A stretch of DNA of 64,000 bases from Henriciella sp. GTDB taxonomy: Bacteria; Pseudomonadota; Alphaproteobacteria; Caulobacterales; Hyphomonadaceae. A program made the translations under genes and the position numbers. The DNA lies in the NCBI GenBank assembly GCA_965228095.1, contig OZ245793.1, positions 3,563,516 through 3,627,515 on the forward strand, read 5' to 3'. This document shows positions 44,518 through 54,942 of the stretch, piece after piece (the stretch's first letter is position 1; the number at the start of each line of letters is the position of its first letter). The notes under the pieces are model-generated. The model made no database searches and was not told where the DNA came from. It was given only the letters and a program-made list of their open reading frames with translations.

Positions 44518-44853
44518 ATGAGCACATTCGCTCAAGAACACCTGGATGCGATTTACGATTCCGTGATCGCCGACGATGCGCGCGTCACGCCAAAGTCCGG
44601 CGCCGATGCATTCCAGGTCCGGGTGTTCCCGCTGCAGCCCGATCAAACACTCGGGATCGGGCTGCAATCTCAGCCAATCTTGGGGACCTCGGTACTCGAG
44701 GTGCGCAAGACGGACTGGGCAAAGCCAGAACGTCAAGATGTGGTCGAGATACTGTCGGACGGATCCGTCACTCGTACGCTTCGTGTTGTGGATGAGCCGA
44801 TGTCCATCGATGACAAGCGGCTGGTCTGGACGGTCAACTGCGCTGAGGCTTGA
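44518..44853 (+). CDS. Head-tail joining protein (gpFII-like)
   Basis: Size, position and beta-rich pattern. Confidence 0.6.
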   Translation: MSTFAQEHLDAIYDSVIADDARVTPKSGADAFQVRVFPLQPDQTLGIGLQSQPILGTSVLEVRKTDWAKPERQDVVEILSDGSVTRTLRVVDEPMSIDDKRLVWTVNCAEA

Positions 44854-44858
44854 TCGCA

Positions 44859-45551
44859 ATGAAGATGCGATTGGATGCGTCGGACTTCACATTGGCGCTC
44901 AACGGTCAACTTTCGAAATGGCGCGCAGGTGTCGGTGAGGCTGTCGTGCGCGCCAATCGTGGTGCGCTCGAGGCCACGTCTGATTTTGCGAAGCGTACCT
45001 TGAGGGCGGATCTGCGCGAAGCCGGTCTCGGCGCGCTCGAAAAGACTTGGCAGACGGACATCTATCCTCGCAAGGGGCTCGCATACGAGCCGGCGTTGCG
45101 GATCTATTCCAAGGCTGAAGTCATCGTCAGCGCGTTTGATGAAGGTCCGACTATCAAACCAACCGGCGATGGTATGCTCGCCATTCCCATTCCTGGTGGG
45201 TTTGCCGAAGATTTTCCAAATCCGAAGGGACCGGACGACAAAGTCGACTATGCGCGCCGAAAGTTTGGTGATCGGTTGTTCGTGATCCCTGCCAACGGCA
45301 ACAGACCAGCCATTCTCGCAGCCGAATTGGTCGGCGTTTCCAAGGGCGGCCGCCTCGGGCCAAGAAAGAAAACGAAGACCGGAAAATTCACCAAAGGCAC
45401 GCAAACCGCGATGCTGTTTTATTTGGTTCCGCAGGCGAGATTGCCGAAGCTCCTGGATATTCGGCGAGACTTCCGGCGCATCGAAAAATTTCTAATCGAA
45501 GAATACCCGCGCGCCCTCAAACGAGAGCTTCGTGAGGTTGGGATCCTGTAG
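44859..45551 (+). CDS. Neck/tail completion protein (gpZ position, DUF6441-like)
   Basis: Basic; FDEG.TIKP..G.MLAIP, FYLVPQARLPK.LD. Confidence 0.6.
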   Translation: MKMRLDASDFTLALNGQLSKWRAGVGEAVVRANRGALEATSDFAKRTLRADLREAGLGALEKTWQTDIYPRKGLAYEPALRIYSKAEVIVSAFDEGPTIKPTGDGMLAIPIPGGFAEDFPNPKGPDDKVDYARRKFGDRLFVIPANGNRPAILAAELVGVSKGGRLGPRKKTKTGKFTKGTQTAMLFYLVPQARLPKLLDIRRDFRRIEKFLIEEYPRALKRELREVGIL

Positions 45552-45552
45552 C

Positions 45553-47904
45553 ATGGCAACCGATATCGAGTCCGCCTTCCGGGCGTTACAGCAAATTTTG
45601 ACGACGGCGGCGCTGGGGTCCGATGCATTGCCGGACCAAGTCCGTCGAAATGCAAGTCTGCGTGATGTCTTTGGCCAAATTACCGGCTCAAGTCTCGCCT
45701 ATTTGAACCTGATCGATGATGACCCCGTTTTGTACGATACGATCATCGGTCCTGCAGGCGTTTATCAGGACGAATTTGGTCAACGCGGCGTTGTCGAACT
45801 GATAATCGCTGAAATCGATGACGATATCCGCGATGCGACGTTTGCTGAGGCCCTCGCGGTCGTAACGGCTGCCCTCAGAGGCGCTAGGTCTCTGCCAATG
45901 CTCGCGGCGATGAACATCTTGGCTCCGGAAAAGGCAAATCTGGCCGCCGGCCCCCTGCCAGGCATCAAAGCGGCGCGAATTACCTTCGAGTTTCCGGTCA
46001 CAGCGCCGGACATGCTCGGAAACATCCTCGCCGATCGCGTCACGGCGACGATCGAACCAATTGCCATGTCGAGCGAGCTGGAGATTAACCGCGGATCAAT
46101 GTTGGTCGGTCTGCTTGACCCAATTGTGGCGGCTTCGCAGCTGAAATCACTGATTGATGCGCAGCTAGCCACTGGAATTGAGCCAATTCTAAACGGCAGC
46201 TCGGCCGCGGTACGATTGGCGGCATCTTCCGCGATAGGCGTTGCTGACATCTTGGGAGCTGGCGACGGGGATCTAATCGTCGGCATAACCGGCGCCGGCA
46301 TTGTCGGCGACATTTTAGGGAGTGGTGACGCGAGCGTGCCCCAACCAGGTGGCAGCGGTTTCTTTTCACTCGAACCTATACTCGGCGCCGGCGACGCTGC
46401 CGTTGAGATCGCGGGAGCGATGGGTGGTGTAATCGGTGCCATCGTTGGATCGGGTGCTGTTTTCACCAATCCTGGAGCAAATGCAAATGCCTGGCTCGAT
46501 CCGGTTCTCGCCAGCGGGGATACAGCTCTCCTAGTCACCGCTCAGAGCGGCGGCGTGTTGGACGATATCGTTGGCTCCGGAGGCGTTGCTGTTCTGGCCG
46601 AGGCGAGCGGCGGTGGAGAAGTTGAGGCCATCCTTTCATCCGGACAGGCCGGCCAGCCGCAATTAGTCTTGAGTGGCAACGGGATTGTGGAGCCGATTAT
46701 CGCTACGAGTGGCGCGCAGTTACTGGCGTCCCTGCAATCAGCGCCACAAATTGAGCCCATCCTTGGAACCGGAGATGCCAGGCTCCTGGTGGACGGGACG
46801 ATAGGCGGCCAAATCGATCCTATCGTGTCATCGATCACCGGGACTCTTTCGATCACGGCAAATGCTGGGGCGTTGGTGGATCCAATTGTGAGCGCGTCTG
46901 TGGCTAGCGTCGCGCTGCAGGCGTCGAGTTCTGGACAGGTCGACCCGATACTTGGCTCTGGTGATGCTTCTAGCGCAGTCGTGGCAGATGGTGGCGGGAA
47001 CGTGGAGCAAATCATCTCCGCTGCAGATGCGGATGTTCAGATTGCTGCCGCCAGTGGAGGCATTCTAGACGCCATTCTCGGAACCGGCGACGCAGCGGCG
47101 CTTGTTCAAGCCAGCTCAGGTGGCGTCATCGACTCTATTTTGGGTTCAGGCGACGCCGCTGTCGCCGGTGCTTCCAATGAACCTGAAACAGATGCCTTCA
47201 TTGCTCGCATGAACACCGCGCCGACCGCAAGCGTGGAAACGGCGCTGAACACTTTGATTGCTCAGCTGAAAACAGACGGCATTTGGAGCAAGCTCGACGC
47301 TTTGTTCCTGTACGGCCTGCCAGATGTAAACGATGCCGTTCTAAATGTGGTCTCGGCAAGCTTCCCGATGGTGCTCGGAGACCAGGGGCATGTTCCGTCG
47401 ACTGGATTGGTCAATCAGACGTCTGGCAGCAATGCGATGACGAATGCGTTCTCTCCGTCTCAAGGTGTCAACTGGACCAGTGATGAAGCGCACTGGGGCA
47501 TCAAAATGAAGCAGGACGATAGTGCAAACCACTCTTCGTTCTATGAGACTACCGATTCTGCGCATTTTGACCTGTATATCGAAAGCGACGGTTCGTTTTT
47601 CTATGCGATCGGTGGTGCCTTCACTTCATATTCGGGTGCTGGAACTTTTAGCGGCACTGCGCACGATCACCTTGTGTTGTCTGTCAACCGCAACACCAAC
47701 GACTTAGAGCTGGCAATGAACGGCGCGATTATCGCCACCGACACATTCACTCCCAGTGATATGAACGGGACTGGCACGATGCTGATTATGCAGGACGACC
47801 AGTCGCTCCAGGAGCATTCCGTAATGCACTGGGGCGGATATCTGACGCCAGCGGAAATCGCAAACTTGAACACGGCTCTGAACGCCTGGTTTGCGGCCAT
47901 TTAG
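45553..47904 (+). CDS. Tail terminator-like domain fused to ~22-aa repeats and a C-terminal lectin-like domain
   Basis: N-terminal ~150 aa at gpU position; ~16-18 [IVL][ED]PI[LV]G[ST]GDA repeats; C-terminal LKTDGIWSKLDALFL and beta-rich domain. Confidence 0.6.
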   Translation: MATDIESAFRALQQILTTAALGSDALPDQVRRNASLRDVFGQITGSSLAYLNLIDDDPVLYDTIIGPAGVYQDEFGQRGVVELIIAEIDDDIRDATFAEALAVVTAALRGARSLPMLAAMNILAPEKANLAAGPLPGIKAARITFEFPVTAPDMLGNILADRVTATIEPIAMSSELEINRGSMLVGLLDPIVAASQLKSLIDAQLATGIEPILNGSSAAVRLAASSAIGVADILGAGDGDLIVGITGAGIVGDILGSGDASVPQPGGSGFFSLEPILGAGDAAVEIAGAMGGVIGAIVGSGAVFTNPGANANAWLDPVLASGDTALLVTAQSGGVLDDIVGSGGVAVLAEASGGGEVEAILSSGQAGQPQLVLSGNGIVEPIIATSGAQLLASLQSAPQIEPILGTGDARLLVDGTIGGQIDPIVSSITGTLSITANAGALVDPIVSASVASVALQASSSGQVDPILGSGDASSAVVADGGGNVEQIISAADADVQIAAASGGILDAILGTGDAAALVQASSGGVIDSILGSGDAAVAGASNEPETDAFIARMNTAPTASVETALNTLIAQLKTDGIWSKLDALFLYGLPDVNDAVLNVVSASFPMVLGDQGHVPSTGLVNQTSGSNAMTNAFSPSQGVNWTSDEAHWGIKMKQDDSANHSSFYETTDSAHFDLYIESDGSFFYAIGGAFTSYSGAGTFSGTAHDHLVLSVNRNTNDLELAMNGAIIATDTFTPSDMNGTGTMLIMQDDQSLQEHSVMHWGGYLTPAEIANLNTALNAWFAAI

Positions 47905-48047
47905 GCCCGCTTCTTTCTTGAGCGCTTTAGGCGCTTTCCTGTGATCTTGCCGGGTCACTCTCTCAAAATCTGACCGCTTCAACGCGGCCTGATCGCAGGC
48001 TCGGCGCACCGGGCCATTTTCTCAAAATTCAACCGAAGGAGGCCAGA

Positions 48048-48455
48048 ATGGCCCTCAAATTCTCTGTCGCGATGCGGAATGATCTGTTGTCGGCGATTAC
48101 GGCCCGCATCAGCGCAACGGCGCAACTCAAAATGTTTGAAGGCGCAGCGCCTGCAAACATCACCGATCCGGACTCGGGGACGGTCATCGCTGTCGTTGAG
48201 ATTCCGGACACCCCGTTCGCGGCTCCTGTGAATGGCGTGATGGCGAAGTCGGGCACTTGGGAAGATCCCGCTGCCGATAATGCCGGCACGCTGGGGCACT
48301 TCCGCATCTATGAAGACGGCGGCACGACTGTCTTGATGCAGGGCACAATCACGGCGACCAGCGGTGGTGGTGATATGGAAGTCGACAATACGATTGTCGC
48401 TGCTGGCCAGACCATCACGATCAATACGCTGTCTCTGACTGCCCAGAACACGTAA
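48048..48455 (+). CDS. Small beta-rich virion protein
   Basis: AAGGAGG RBS; G.W....A...GT.GHFRI, GGGDM.V pattern. Confidence 0.6.
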   Translation: MALKFSVAMRNDLLSAITARISATAQLKMFEGAAPANITDPDSGTVIAVVEIPDTPFAAPVNGVMAKSGTWEDPAADNAGTLGHFRIYEDGGTTVLMQGTITATSGGGDMEVDNTIVAAGQTITINTLSLTAQNT

Positions 48456-48460
48456 TCGCC

Positions 48461-48673
48461 ATGCCGGCGAAGAAGAAGCCTAAAGGGGAGGCTAGACCCC
48501 AAGAGCTCGTGTTCGTGCGACTTAAGGTGCCTACCAACGGCATCGTCGCCGGACGCGTCGTTACCGCCAGCTCCAAGAAAGCTAAGCAGCTCAAGGATGA
48601 CGATCACGCTGAGGATGCAACTCAGCGAATGATCGGCCTGGCTGGCGGCAGCATTCCTCACATTCAAGACTAA
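48461..48673 (+). CDS. Small phage protein upstream of tail tube
   Basis: 3' end near-identical to window positions 1-83. Confidence 0.65.
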   Translation: MPAKKKPKGEARPQELVFVRLKVPTNGIVAGRVVTASSKKAKQLKDDDHAEDATQRMIGLAGGSIPHIQD

Positions 48674-48684
48674 GGAGATCGCCG

Positions 48685-49677
48685 ATGGCATCCTCTCGCA
48701 AAGGTCGCCTGTCGCCAATTACAGGCGCGGTCGCGACCGATATCACCACTCTGCCGACCGATAACCCGCATCAGCTTTGCTACTACAGCGAGGGGTTCGA
48801 CTCTCAAGATGGCTTCATCAATGATCAGGTGATCTGCCATGGAGCGGCGAACGGCCGGGATAAAACCGACCCGTCGCCTGGTCTGCGGCAATCGTCCGGC
48901 TCAATGAACGTGCCGATGGACGTCGCGATGCTCAGCTATTTCATGCCCATGTTGTGCGGAGCGGCGACATCGGAAGTTGAAGACGCCGGTGTGTCACCAA
49001 GCAAATGGACCCGAACATTTGTGTCTGGTCTGGACACTCAGGTGCTGTCGGCATTTTCGCTGCCTGTGACTGATGACAAGTGGAAGCTGATCCACCCATC
49101 TTACCTGAACACGCTCAGCTTCAACGTTGGTAAGCAAGACGGTTTCCGAACGATGGATCTCGGGTTCCTGACGTCAGACGTCGAAACCGTGACGTCAGAA
49201 CCGACATTTGCCGGCGCGGCGAGCCCCCGATCGTACACGCACCGAAAAGTGCCCGGTGAGGTCGGAACCATGTCGATCGATGGCACCGTTGTCGCTCAGC
49301 TGATTGATGGGACGTTCAATTTCTCTAATCAGGCCGAACTGATCAATCTCGCGGACGGTACCAACCGTGCACTTGGCCTCGAACCTGGCGATACGCAGAT
49401 CCGCACGGATATGACGATGCGTGTCGTGAGCGGTGTTGGTGTCAACGATATTCTGGATCTCTTCAAAGGGGCGCAGGGTCCGAGCTTTGCGGCGACGCTT
49501 AACTTCCCAATCGATGCCAATGCATCGCTGGAGGTCAGCATGCCATTCTGCAAAGGCGAACGACGATCTCCAATCATTGGTGGCTCAGAACGCCAGACGT
49601 TCTCGGCTCCGTTCGAAGCGTTCCAGGATGGCGGAAACCCCGCTGCGACGTTCACTCTGATCAACCAGGAAGCCTAA
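48685..49677 (+). CDS. Major tail tube protein
   Basis: Paralog of 94..1083. Confidence 0.75.
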   Translation: MASSRKGRLSPITGAVATDITTLPTDNPHQLCYYSEGFDSQDGFINDQVICHGAANGRDKTDPSPGLRQSSGSMNVPMDVAMLSYFMPMLCGAATSEVEDAGVSPSKWTRTFVSGLDTQVLSAFSLPVTDDKWKLIHPSYLNTLSFNVGKQDGFRTMDLGFLTSDVETVTSEPTFAGAASPRSYTHRKVPGEVGTMSIDGTVVAQLIDGTFNFSNQAELINLADGTNRALGLEPGDTQIRTDMTMRVVSGVGVNDILDLFKGAQGPSFAATLNFPIDANASLEVSMPFCKGERRSPIIGGSERQTFSAPFEAFQDGGNPAATFTLINQEA

Positions 49678-49683
49678 GTTCGC

Positions 49684-49720
49684 GAGCGGGGACGGCCTTA
49701 ACATAAAGGCTGCCCCGCTC
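49684..49720 (+). other. Conserved intergenic RNA hairpin (second copy)
   Basis: GAGCGGGG/CCCCGCTC and GGCCTT/AAGGCT stems; covaries with 1090-1126. Confidence 0.7.
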
Positions 49721-49736
49721 CGATTTGGAGGAATAC

Positions 49737-50246
49737 ATGCTGCAAATTGGCAAAAGCCAGGAGATGACCTGGCACAATCTCGAGTCGTACACTGGAGAGA
49801 TGCCGCCCGACGATGCGCCGCCGTGCGTCGCGTTCAAAATGCGCCAGGCGACGGGATTGGATGAGGCTATGGCCGAAACGAGCGCACGCGCCGCGATTAC
49901 GAATATGTCGACATCCGCGGTCGATGCAAAAGACTATGGATACGACAATGTCGATTGGGCAGAGGCAATCGTTGAGGGCAACGTGCCGCTTTTCTCGGGC
50001 GTTGGATTTCAAGTCTACGCGGTCGAATTGGCGTGGCTGTGCGGTAGTGAGATGCGCGGCGTGGAGGGCGTGGACGGCGAAAAACCGGAATGGTCGCGCA
50101 GAAATATCGCCCTCGTATTGCAATCACGTCGGCCCGGCGCGCAGCCGTTCGCCACCATGGCAAGCGCCGGATCGACTTTCGCGGACACGTTCATGGCCTT
50201 AGCGCTGAAATCCGTGCGCGAGGCTCGCATTGAGGGAAAGCCTTAA
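49737..50246 (+). CDS. Tail assembly chaperone (gpG-like)
   Basis: Paralog of 1143..1649; ends in G GGA AAG. Confidence 0.75.
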   Translation: MLQIGKSQEMTWHNLESYTGEMPPDDAPPCVAFKMRQATGLDEAMAETSARAAITNMSTSAVDAKDYGYDNVDWAEAIVEGNVPLFSGVGFQVYAVELAWLCGSEMRGVEGVDGEKPEWSRRNIALVLQSRRPGAQPFATMASAGSTFADTFMALALKSVREARIEGKP

Positions 50247-50278
50247 GCCGTCGCGCCGAGTGGCAATGGGGCGACGGC
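50234..50278 (+). promoter_or_regulatory. Programmed -1 frameshift signal
   Basis: GGGAAAG plus GCCGTCGC/GCGACGGC stem; -1 frame open to 50632. Confidence 0.85.
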
Positions 50279-50632
50279 CTAATTGAGTGTCGCGCCTGCC
50301 GCGAGGTGGGCGATCCGTGCGCAGAAGGATTTCCGCGCGATAACGGGTTTGTGTGCCCGATGCGCGCTAACTCACCAACAACTCGCGAAGGTGCCTTGGC
50401 TTGGACGCTGGCCAATCAGCCGGCGCTTTGGACGCAGATGGCGGTGGCTGGGATCTCTCAGTCCCTGCTCATCACACAAGGGTTGCGCATCGATGAGGCT
50501 CTGAACCTCGCACTCTCGCAGCATCCAGACATCAACCAACAATATTTGATCATCTGCCTGCAGGCTATCGAGGCTGCGCGGTTGGAGGTCGAAGCGCGCA
50601 TGCGTGCCCAAAAATCGCAGGAGGGTTCATAG
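50237..50632 (+). CDS. gpT-like extension (read in -1 frame)
   Basis: KALSRRAEWQWGDGLIECRACREVGDPCAEG continues into ORF 50306..50632. Confidence 0.8.
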   Translation, partial: KALSRRAEWQWGDGLIECRACREVGDPCAEGFPRDNGFVCPMRANSPTTREGALAWTLANQPALWTQMAVAGISQSLLITQGLRIDEALNLALSQHPDINQQYLIICLQAIEAARLEVEARMRAQKSQEGS

Positions 50633-53310
50633 TGCCACGTCGAGACCAGGAAGTTAGCCTTCGGCTGAGTGTCAAAGAGCGCGAAGTCATTCGAAAAGCG
50701 CTCCAAAATATCGGTGAAGATGGCGAGCGCATGGCCAAGATCCTCGACCGGCAAACAAAAAAGGCCAATCGTGCACTCCAGGCGCTCGACCAAACGACAA
50801 GTAAAGCTCGAGATGGCATGGAAGATTTGGCTGATAGTGCCGGACCTCTCGGCGGGATCTTGAAGTCATTGGGACCTGCAGGGATCGCCGCGGGCGCGGC
50901 CATTGGTGGACTGGTGCTTGGCTTAGGTGCCGCAGTTCGAGTTGGTACTGAAGCGGTCAACACATTCGCTGAGATCGGCAAACAAGCAGATGTGTTGGGC
51001 ATTACCGTGGAGACATTCCAGGCGCTTCGGGCAGAGTCCGACGCTCAGGGCATCTCATTTTCTGTCCTTGAAACCGGGATGCGGGCGCTCGAAGAGCGAC
51101 AATCTCAAATCGTACAGGGGCAAGGTGAACTGTTCACTCGGCTGAAGGACACCAATCCAGAACTGCTCAAACAATTGGAGGCGCTCGACAATAATGAAGA
51201 CCGCCTTCGTGCTGTCTCGCAAGCGCTCGCAGACGCTGAAACGCAAACCGATCGAAACCGAATTGCGTATGCCGCATTTGGTGAGGCTGGTGTGCAGGTT
51301 TCAAAAGTGCTGCTCTCTACAGGGGGTAGTATTGATGAATTGGTCGCCAAGGGCCGAGACCTGGGTCTGGTCTTAGATGAAGAGCTAATTCGTCGAAGCC
51401 AGGCGCTGCAGGTCGAAATGGATGTCACGAGCCAGGTTATCGACCTACAGCTAAAGCAGGCGTTTATCGACCTGGCGCCATTGGGAAACGAAGCGGCAAA
51501 AATGTTCGCGAGGGTTGCTCGCGAGGTTGCTAACGTCGCCGAAGCGATGCGGGAGGTCGAAGATCGTTCGTCACGTTTTAATCTCGAGCGTATTTCCAAC
51601 ATCCAATCCCGACTCATCGAGGGTGGGTTTAGCCAGTCAGCGTTCATAGGTGCGGGGATAGGCGGAAATCAGATTTCGGAGTCTGATCTGCCGAACAGGT
51701 TTAACCACGTTAGCCGCCGTGAGATGCAGCGCCTCATTCGCGAATTCAATGAAATCGCTGCGACTGAAACACAGCGAGCTGCTAGCGCGTTCATTCAGGA
51801 AACCCGGCGTGAACTTGCGGGGCTGTCGGCAGAGCAACTGGGGACTGAACTCGAACGAACCAGGCAGGAAATCGCAGCCGTTGAAGATGGGGCAGTGTTG
51901 TTTCAAGGCGAACCATTGCTGGGCACAGACAATGATGAACGACAGCGCCGTGCCGACATCATCGAGTCGCTGATCGAAGAAGCAAAAGCACGCGAAGCCG
52001 GAGCGGCAGCCACTCGGGAAATGCTCGAGGCCGAACAGCGTCTTAAGGACGAACAAACCCAGGCTGATAAGGATCGGCGTGAGCGGCTAACTTTGGTGCG
52101 TCAAGCTGCAACTCTTTTGCAGGAGCTTGGCGATGCTACGCTCGCCTTGCAGCTCAAAGAGAGCGAGCTGACCAAGCTCCGGGAAAAGGGCCACATAACA
52201 CAAGAGCAGTTCGATCAGGCGCTGCAATCTTATCGCGACAAACTCACAGGCGTCACAGCGGCGACGGAACGATGGACCAAAGTCGTCGATGGTGCCGACA
52301 CTGAAGTCGAAACGCTTCAAAAGACCATTGCCGAGTTGAACGATGACCTGGCGAGCGGAGCGCTTGGCGAAGGGACTGAAGCGACAAAGCTCTACACCGA
52401 TGCCCTCAAGGCCTTGTCCGACGCCTTGGGGCTCGCCAAACAGGCTGAAGCCGAAGCGACCGATGAATTCAAAGCGGCCGCTGAGATTCGAAAGAAACTC
52501 GCGACGGCGCGGCAAGCGGCGGCATCGGAACAGGATTTGGTTGCTGCTGAGCAGAAGCGGTTGGATGCGCTCGTCGCGGCTGGCAATCTAACCCGTGATG
52601 AGGCGACCGAGTTTCTGAAGCTCTACACGCGGCAACTGCGCGAGGCCCGGGGGCAAGTCTCCCTTCTGGAGCGGGCGGAGACCGTCCTGGATGGTGTGAT
52701 GACCGGCCGGATCAAAACTGTTGGCGATCTTAAGCGGGCGATCGGCGCGCTTGTCGTCGATATGATCAGGCAGGCGGCGATCGCGCAGGCGCAAATCGGA
52801 AACGGTCAAGGTTTCGGGGGCTTTTTGCAGGGGCTCGTTGGAAACGTGTTGGGTGGCTTTGGCGGATCCGGAAACGGGGGCCTCAATCCCTCGGGAACAC
52901 CTCCAATCGTGCCCCAATCTCACAGTGGCAGTCGGGCCCCTAACTTCCCCACCCTGCGTAGCATGCGACAACCCATGATGAGCAACGAAAGAATGGTCGT
53001 TGTTGAGGATGGGCAGGAAATCATCAATGACAACCATCGCGCCCAGATCATCGATTATGTGCGCGCAGCGAGTAATATGCGCAATCAACCGAATGCTCTT
53101 ATGCGAGCTGGCCCTATTCCTCTGGCCATCAATCTGAACATTCGGCAGGAGGGCGGCGATCGCGACGCCGAAGTTTCGGCAAGCCAGTCTGGTGATAATC
53201 AGCTGGATATTGATGTGTTCATGAGAGATGGCGTCCGCGGAGTTGCCTCGAGTGGCGGCCTGGATGATCTCTTGGAGCGGCGCGGGTTTGTCCGCCAGTC
53301 GGTCGGGTAA
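50632..53310 (+). CDS. Tail tape measure protein
   Basis: 892 aa; paralog of 2033..4711. Confidence 0.9.
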   Translation: MPRRDQEVSLRLSVKEREVIRKALQNIGEDGERMAKILDRQTKKANRALQALDQTTSKARDGMEDLADSAGPLGGILKSLGPAGIAAGAAIGGLVLGLGAAVRVGTEAVNTFAEIGKQADVLGITVETFQALRAESDAQGISFSVLETGMRALEERQSQIVQGQGELFTRLKDTNPELLKQLEALDNNEDRLRAVSQALADAETQTDRNRIAYAAFGEAGVQVSKVLLSTGGSIDELVAKGRDLGLVLDEELIRRSQALQVEMDVTSQVIDLQLKQAFIDLAPLGNEAAKMFARVAREVANVAEAMREVEDRSSRFNLERISNIQSRLIEGGFSQSAFIGAGIGGNQISESDLPNRFNHVSRREMQRLIREFNEIAATETQRAASAFIQETRRELAGLSAEQLGTELERTRQEIAAVEDGAVLFQGEPLLGTDNDERQRRADIIESLIEEAKAREAGAAATREMLEAEQRLKDEQTQADKDRRERLTLVRQAATLLQELGDATLALQLKESELTKLREKGHITQEQFDQALQSYRDKLTGVTAATERWTKVVDGADTEVETLQKTIAELNDDLASGALGEGTEATKLYTDALKALSDALGLAKQAEAEATDEFKAAAEIRKKLATARQAAASEQDLVAAEQKRLDALVAAGNLTRDEATEFLKLYTRQLREARGQVSLLERAETVLDGVMTGRIKTVGDLKRAIGALVVDMIRQAAIAQAQIGNGQGFGGFLQGLVGNVLGGFGGSGNGGLNPSGTPPIVPQSHSGSRAPNFPTLRSMRQPMMSNERMVVVEDGQEIINDNHRAQIIDYVRAASNMRNQPNALMRAGPIPLAINLNIRQEGGDRDAEVSASQSGDNQLDIDVFMRDGVRGVASSGGLDDLLERRGFVRQSVG

Positions 53311-54071
53311 TGGCCATTGCGTGGCCGGCGGGCGTACCCAACGCATTCGTAAAAGACACCTATCAGCGCGCTCCGGAAGACGTCATTCGGCGCTCCGAAG
53401 TAGCGGTTGGCCCGCCCCTCAGAAATCTCTGGGCGGCGAGCCGTGCCCAAAACATCGTCGGCGAACTGATTTTAACAGAAACCGCTTACGCTGCGTTTGA
53501 GGCCTGGCGACAAGATGACCTCAATCTTGGCCGCGATGCTTTCGATCTCACATTGTTTGATCACCCTGTCGCTCGCGTTGTCTCCGCACGATTTCGCGGA
53601 GCTCCAGTTGTTCGTGCGTCGTCTGGAACCGGACGACGCGTGCGGCTTGAATTGCGTTCCGACCCACCGGCGCCAAGTGCCGGTACGCTTTCGGCGTTGG
53701 CGGCGTTGCACAAAGCGCAACCTGCAACCTGGCCAGTGGGCGTGCCTGGTTGTCCGAGAACGGCTGATTATGAGCGGTCGGCAGTCAGCCAGGTTGCGCG
53801 TCCGGATGACCGAAATTCACCGGGCGGCGTTTTGGTGTCGAGGCTGGAAGGCGGGAGAGAGCGGGTCAGTCTCACATTGAGTCCGGTAGAACTCGAAACG
53901 TTCGAGACGTGGTTTGAGGATACGGCGGCACTGGGCGTTCGTGATATTCTGTTTCCAGTCCCGGGCGGCACGCACACAGGCTGCTTCACGTCCAGTTACA
54001 CCGTTGGAGGATCCGGAGCTGGCGAAAACTGGCGTGTCGGGTTTGAGCGTTATCTGGAGGCGCGCCCATGA
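53310..54071 (+). CDS. Distal tail / minor tail protein
   Basis: Paralog of 4711..5472. Confidence 0.55.
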   Translation: MAIAWPAGVPNAFVKDTYQRAPEDVIRRSEVAVGPPLRNLWAASRAQNIVGELILTETAYAAFEAWRQDDLNLGRDAFDLTLFDHPVARVVSARFRGAPVVRASSGTGRRVRLELRSDPPAPSAGTLSALAALHKAQPATWPVGVPGCPRTADYERSAVSQVARPDDRNSPGGVLVSRLEGGRERVSLTLSPVELETFETWFEDTAALGVRDILFPVPGGTHTGCFTSSYTVGGSGAGENWRVGFERYLEARP

Positions 54072-54541
54072 CCACCGCTCGCGGAGCTACTCATATCGAT
54101 GTGTTTCTCGCCACGCTCGAACATCCGGACATTGCCGCGCTCACCGGTTTCGTGGACGGCGTGACGCTTGACGGAAAGCTGCGTGTTGCGAACTGGCGGC
54201 ATAATTTCACTTCGCGCGGTGATGTGTTTGCGCCTGGTTTCCTGCGAGTAAAACCGCCGCGTGCCGGAGATCGCCGCGGGATCCTTCAGCTGGCTATCGA
54301 CAACGTAGATGAGCGCGTGAAAGACGTGGTCAAAGCGCTCACAGGAAAGGCGACTTTGGTACTGGAGCAGGTTTATGCTCACGATCCGGATACAGTTCGA
54401 AATCAGTGGACGCGCCTCGAGTTAAAACTGTTCGAAACTGATGCTCGATTTCTCACCGGAAGTTTTGGTCCACCGCCTACCGAAGGGCGGTTCATGGGCA
54501 TCACAATCAATGCCGCTGATTTTCCGGGTGCGTTCGGTTGA
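54068..54541 (+). CDS. Tail tip protein (DUF1833/gpL-like)
   Basis: Paralog of 5469..5942. Confidence 0.5.
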   Translation: MTTARGATHIDVFLATLEHPDIAALTGFVDGVTLDGKLRVANWRHNFTSRGDVFAPGFLRVKPPRAGDRRGILQLAIDNVDERVKDVVKALTGKATLVLEQVYAHDPDTVRNQWTRLELKLFETDARFLTGSFGPPPTEGRFMGITINAADFPGAFG

Positions 54542-54942
54542 CCGAAATCAAAGACGCGCTTTGGGCGTGGTGCAACGGCGTTCTGGGTCGGCCTTACGAG
54601 AAACAAGACTGGGACTGCTTTCAACTTCTCCTGGATGGTCAAGGCGTTGCCGGCTGGCATCGAGCGTTCGAACCAACCTATCGCAGTCACACTGCCGAGC
54701 AGCCGGGCATGACCATGCTCCGGAATTTCTCGCGGGGGTTTAGGAAGTTCAAAGAAATCGAAGTGCCGCAGCTTGGTGCTGCCGTGTTGTTCCGAGTGGA
54801 CCAAGTTCCGGTTCATGTCGGGCTCTGGATGGCGCCAAACCTCATGGTGCACGTGAACACCACGACCGCAACGACGCTCGCCGAGTTCGGTCCCGGAACA
54901 GACTATCACTTCAATCTCGCAGGTTTCTATGTCCCACGATGA
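54538..54942 (+). CDS. NlpC/P60 tail assembly protein
   Basis: WDCFQL and HVGLW motifs. Confidence 0.8.
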   Translation: MTEIKDALWAWCNGVLGRPYEKQDWDCFQLLLDGQGVAGWHRAFEPTYRSHTAEQPGMTMLRNFSRGFRKFKEIEVPQLGAAVLFRVDQVPVHVGLWMAPNLMVHVNTTTATTLAEFGPGTDYHFNLAGFYVPR

